A stretch of 64,000 bases of DNA, from positions 58,033,247-58,097,246 of the forward strand of contig NC_090392.1 of assembly GCF_036365525.1 (NCBI RefSeq), read 5' to 3'. The DNA comes from Heterodontus francisci. Its lineage: Eukaryota. The position numbers were made by a program, and so were the translations under genes. Shown piece by piece: positions 60,250 through 64,000 of this stretch (the stretch's first letter is position 1; each line of letters begins with the position of its first letter). Below the pieces are notes generated by a model. It was not told the DNA's origin. It searched no databases and worked only from the letters and a program-made list of their open reading frames with translations.

Positions 60250-62235
60250 TGACCAGTATGTTCTCGGTCCAACTAAGAAGGAGACATTTCTGGATCTGGT
60301 GCTGGGAATGAGGTGGACCAAGTGGACCAAGTGTCTGTAGAGGAACACTTGTGTAAGAGTGATCATTGTATCATAAGGTTTAAACTAGTAATGGAGAAGA
60401 GCAAGGAACAATCTAAAGTAGAACATCTAAATTGGAAGAGGGCTAATTTTAATGGGGGTGACAAGGGATCTAACCTGGTTAAAATGGAACCAAAGGCTGA
60501 TAGGAAAAACTGTAATGGAACAATTGGGGATCTTTAAGGAGGAGAGCTTCAGATACATGGTAGGTACAATCCAACGATCTAACAAGGGTGAAAGGTAAGG
60601 GAACCAAAGCCAGGACTCCTTGGCTGACGAGGGAGATGGAGAATATGACGAAACAAAAAAAATGAATGTGTATGATGCATGTCAGGTGAATTCTTCAAGT
60701 AAGAAGTCAAGTATAATAGGTTGAGTGGGGAAGTGAAGAGGAAAATAAGATTCGAAAAGAAAGAATACGAGAATAAACTGGCAGTCAACATAAAAGGGAA
60801 CCCAAAAATCTTCTACTGGCATGTAAATAGTAAGTGGGTACTAAGAAGCAGTGTGAGTCCTTATTGGGGACATAGAAGGTGATATATGCTTAGAGGCAAA
60901 GGGCAAGCTAGAATACTTAATGAGTACTTTGTATCAATGTTTACTAAGGAAGAGGATGCCGACAAAATATTGGTAGAAGTGGAGTTGGTAGAGGTAATGG
61001 ATCGAGTGAAAATTGAGACAGAGGATGTACAGGAAAGGCTGGCTATGCTTAGAATGGATAAGTTGCCTGGTCTGAATGGTTTGCATCCCAGTTTGCTAAA
61101 GGAAGTGGCAGTGGAGATAGTGGAAGGGTTTGCCATAACCTTCCAATATTCCCTGGATATGGGGGGAGCTGCCAGAAGATTGGAGGTGCGACACACTGAT
61201 TCAAGAAAAGGCCTAAAGACAGTCCTAGTAACTACAGATGAGTCAGTTTAACATGAATGATGGGTAAGGTTTTTGAAACAATAATCGGGGCAAAATCAAC
61301 AAGCATTTGGAGAAGTTTTAGTTAATTAAGGATAGCTAGCACGGATTTGTAAAAGGCAGATTATGCTTGACTAATCTATTTGAATATTTTGATGAAGTAA
61401 CAGAAGTTTGATGAAGGAAATGCAATGGATGTTATCGATATGGATTTTAAGAAAACATTTGGCAAATTACCACATAAAAGGTTGGTTAACAAAATTGAGG
61501 CTTATGGAATAGAAGGGTCTGTGACAGCTTGGATAAAAAATTGACTTGAGGACAGAAAACAAAGAGTCGAGGTAACTGGTTGATTTTCAGACTGGCTGAT
61601 GGTGGTGTTCCCCAAGAGTTCGTGCTAAGACCACTGCTTTTTTGATAAATATAAATGACGTGAATATTAGAATACTGAATACAATTTCGAAAGTTGCCAA
61701 TGATACCAAACTTGGAGTTGTAGCTAGTAGTGAGGATGATAGAAATCGAGTGCAGCAGGAAATAGGCAAGCAGAATGGGCAGACAAGTGGCAAGTGGAAT
61801 TTAATACAGAGAAGTGTGAGCTAATGCATTTTGGCAGAAGGGATAGGGAGAGGCCATATAAACTTAATAGCACAGTTCTAAAGAGTGTTCAGTGACAGAG
61901 GGACCTTGGAGTGCATGTGACTAGATCTGTGAAGTTGGCAGGACATATCGAGAGCAAGCACATGGGGAAGTGATGCAAGGGGGATGTGAGGAAGAACTTT
62001 TTGTGCAGTGAGTGGTAATAAGTTGGAACACGCTGCCTACGAGGGTGGTGGAAGCGGAGACGATCAATGATTTCAAAAAGAAATTGATTAGACACTTGAA
62101 GGAAACAAACTTGCTGGGCTATAGGTATAGAGCAGGGGAATGGGGCTCACTGGATTGCTCTACAGAGAGCTGACGTAGACTTGATGAGCTGAATGACTCT
62201 GTCTATGCCATAAATTACTCTGACTCTATGACTGT
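60250..62235 (+). mobile_element. Decayed CR1 LINE
   Basis: SDHCIIRFKL...NWKRANF, ILNEYFVSMFTKE, ANDTKLG, then a tail with (ACTCTATG)-like repeats. Confidence 0.8.
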
Positions 62236-62412
62236 AATGCTGGGTCACGGTTACTTTTTGGCACACCACTAGATATTTTTAATGAGCACGTACTGTCTTG
62301 CATGTAACCGTTTGACATGAGTACTTGCTTTAGAGTGCTGTGAGCAGCAGAACAGAATAGTACAAATATTCTAGGCTAAACGGCATATTTTGATCAGACA
62401 ATGTCTGATCAA

Positions 62413-62772
62413 GGGCGGCACAGTGGCGCAGTGGTTAGCACTGCAGCCTCACAGCTCCAGCGACCCGGGTTCAATTCTGGGTACTGCCTGTGTGGAGTTT
62501 GTAAGTTCTCTCTGTGTCTGCGTGTGTTTCCTCCGGGTGCTCCGGTTTCCTCCCACATGCCAAAGACTTGCAGGTTGATAGGTAAATTGGCCATTATAAA
62601 TTGCCCCTAGTATAGGTAGGTGGTAGGGAAATATAGGGACAGGTGGGGATCTGGTAGGAATATGGAATTAGTGTAGGATTAGTATAAATGGGTGGTTGAT
62701 AGTCGGCACAGACTCGGTGGGCCGAAGGGCCTGTTTCAGTGCTGTATCTCTAAATAAAATAAAAAAAATAAA
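62413..62772 (+). mobile_element. HE1-type SINE
   Basis: GGGCGGCACAGTGGCGCAGTGGTTAGCAC...GCTGTATCTCTAAATAAAAT. Confidence 0.9.
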
Positions 62773-64000
62773 TGTGGAGCTTTGAATACGAGTGTTCAGA
62801 GGAGTGCAAAGACTTCTGTTGTTCAGTATTCAAATACAGGTGCATGTTTAGTCTCAGCAAAGAGCCTATGGGATATTTCAGATACTGGGACTAGTTCCAC
62901 CAGAGCAGAGAAGGTTAAGGGGAGCTTACATGAAGTTTATTAAAAACATGATGGGTATTGTTGGGGGGAATAGGGAAATATTATTACCTCTGAAGAGGAA
63001 AATTTGTGACAAAAGATCATCAATTTAAAATAAAAGTAATTTCTGTATGCAGAGGGTTGTTCAAACTTAAAATACTTTGCTACAAAGAGTAGTTGAGGCA
63101 AAGAAAACTGTACTTCTTAAGGGAAAAGAGGATTAAAGCAGAAGAAGATACCGAGTAATGGAGAGATATCAGAGCAATGGGATTAGTGTAGGTTTGCTCT
63201 CGCAAAGAGCTGGCACAGATAAGACGGATTGGAAGGTCTTGCTTTGTGCTAAAAGCTTCTATGGGATAGTTTTTGCTAACTCTATAATAAGATAAACTTG
63301 TTTTGAATGTGACATTACTTGCATTAAGGTTGTAGGCAGAGTAACTATGGACAAATGTGTTAAATGGCAGGTATCACATGGCATAATTTCAGAGTTGCTG
63401 TGTACATTCTTACTATGAAAATTAAAATGCAGAACTGGAGAATTGTGGAAAATCCTGGCACTCTTCATTAACAGCATTCAAGAGTGAGCTCAATTCTTGT
63501 TATGTTTCTGACTGAGATGGCAGGGTGCTGCAGTGATCTCAAATGGTTCAGCATTTCAGAGCAGAGCGATATGAGGTGTTAATCACATGACATTTGGTGG
63601 TCTGATTTGACTCAGAACTATTGACAAAACCACAACTAATGAATGGCAGACCGTATTTGCTAACTTACATAGACTGATATCGTGTTCCTGCAGATAAAAA
63701 TAGCTGATACATTACCAATTACAATAGCAAGTGCTTGCAAGCAATGGTTGGGTTGCATAAAAAGACAGATCTTTGCTTAGTGATAACAAAATGGTTATTT
63801 GCCACCACTGTGAAATCCTGGACTTATGTTACTTGTGGTTGCGCTAATTTTGCCTTGCCTTTCCTCTCCCTATATACGGACCTTGATGCATGTTACAGAG
63901 AGTTGCTCTAAGATTATTATTTAATTGGCTAGAGTACCACAGCATCCCTGTAAAAATAGATTACTATATTCCACATCTTCCAGTCGTTATTTTGCCTTAT

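Overview
Eukaryotic, repeat-dense genomic DNA, almost certainly from a cartilaginous fish: it carries HE1-type SINEs with their partner CR1/HER1-type LINEs, Deu-domain SINEs and Penelope-like elements. The one host gene I can support is on the + strand, with five phase-1 exons: leader 13651-13699, Ig V(J)-type 14367-14714, C1-like 20257-20559, C2 23836-24144 and TM 25287-25388. A probable cytoplasmic micro-exon lies at 59297-59324. Together they encode an orphan, non-rearranging VJ-C1-C2-TM immunoglobulin-superfamily receptor with Siglec/SIRP/NITR-like traits, extra cysteines and 11 N-glycosylation sequons; its 3' end lies beyond the window or was not found. The rest is transposon-derived: a decayed SCAN-domain Gmr1-like Gypsy element with a nested LTR plus a solo LTR, RTE, CR1, L2 and a near-intact Tx1-like LINE, four HE1 SINEs, Deu-type SINEs, and PIF/Harbinger-like MITEs with AWT target duplications. 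There are also about ten Penelope-like fragments carrying minimal hammerhead-ribozyme motifs. Two of these form long palindromes (arms about 225 bp and about 470 bp) with a ribozyme on each arm and 14-15 bp target-site duplications. All calls come from reading the sequence by eye; no searches were run.
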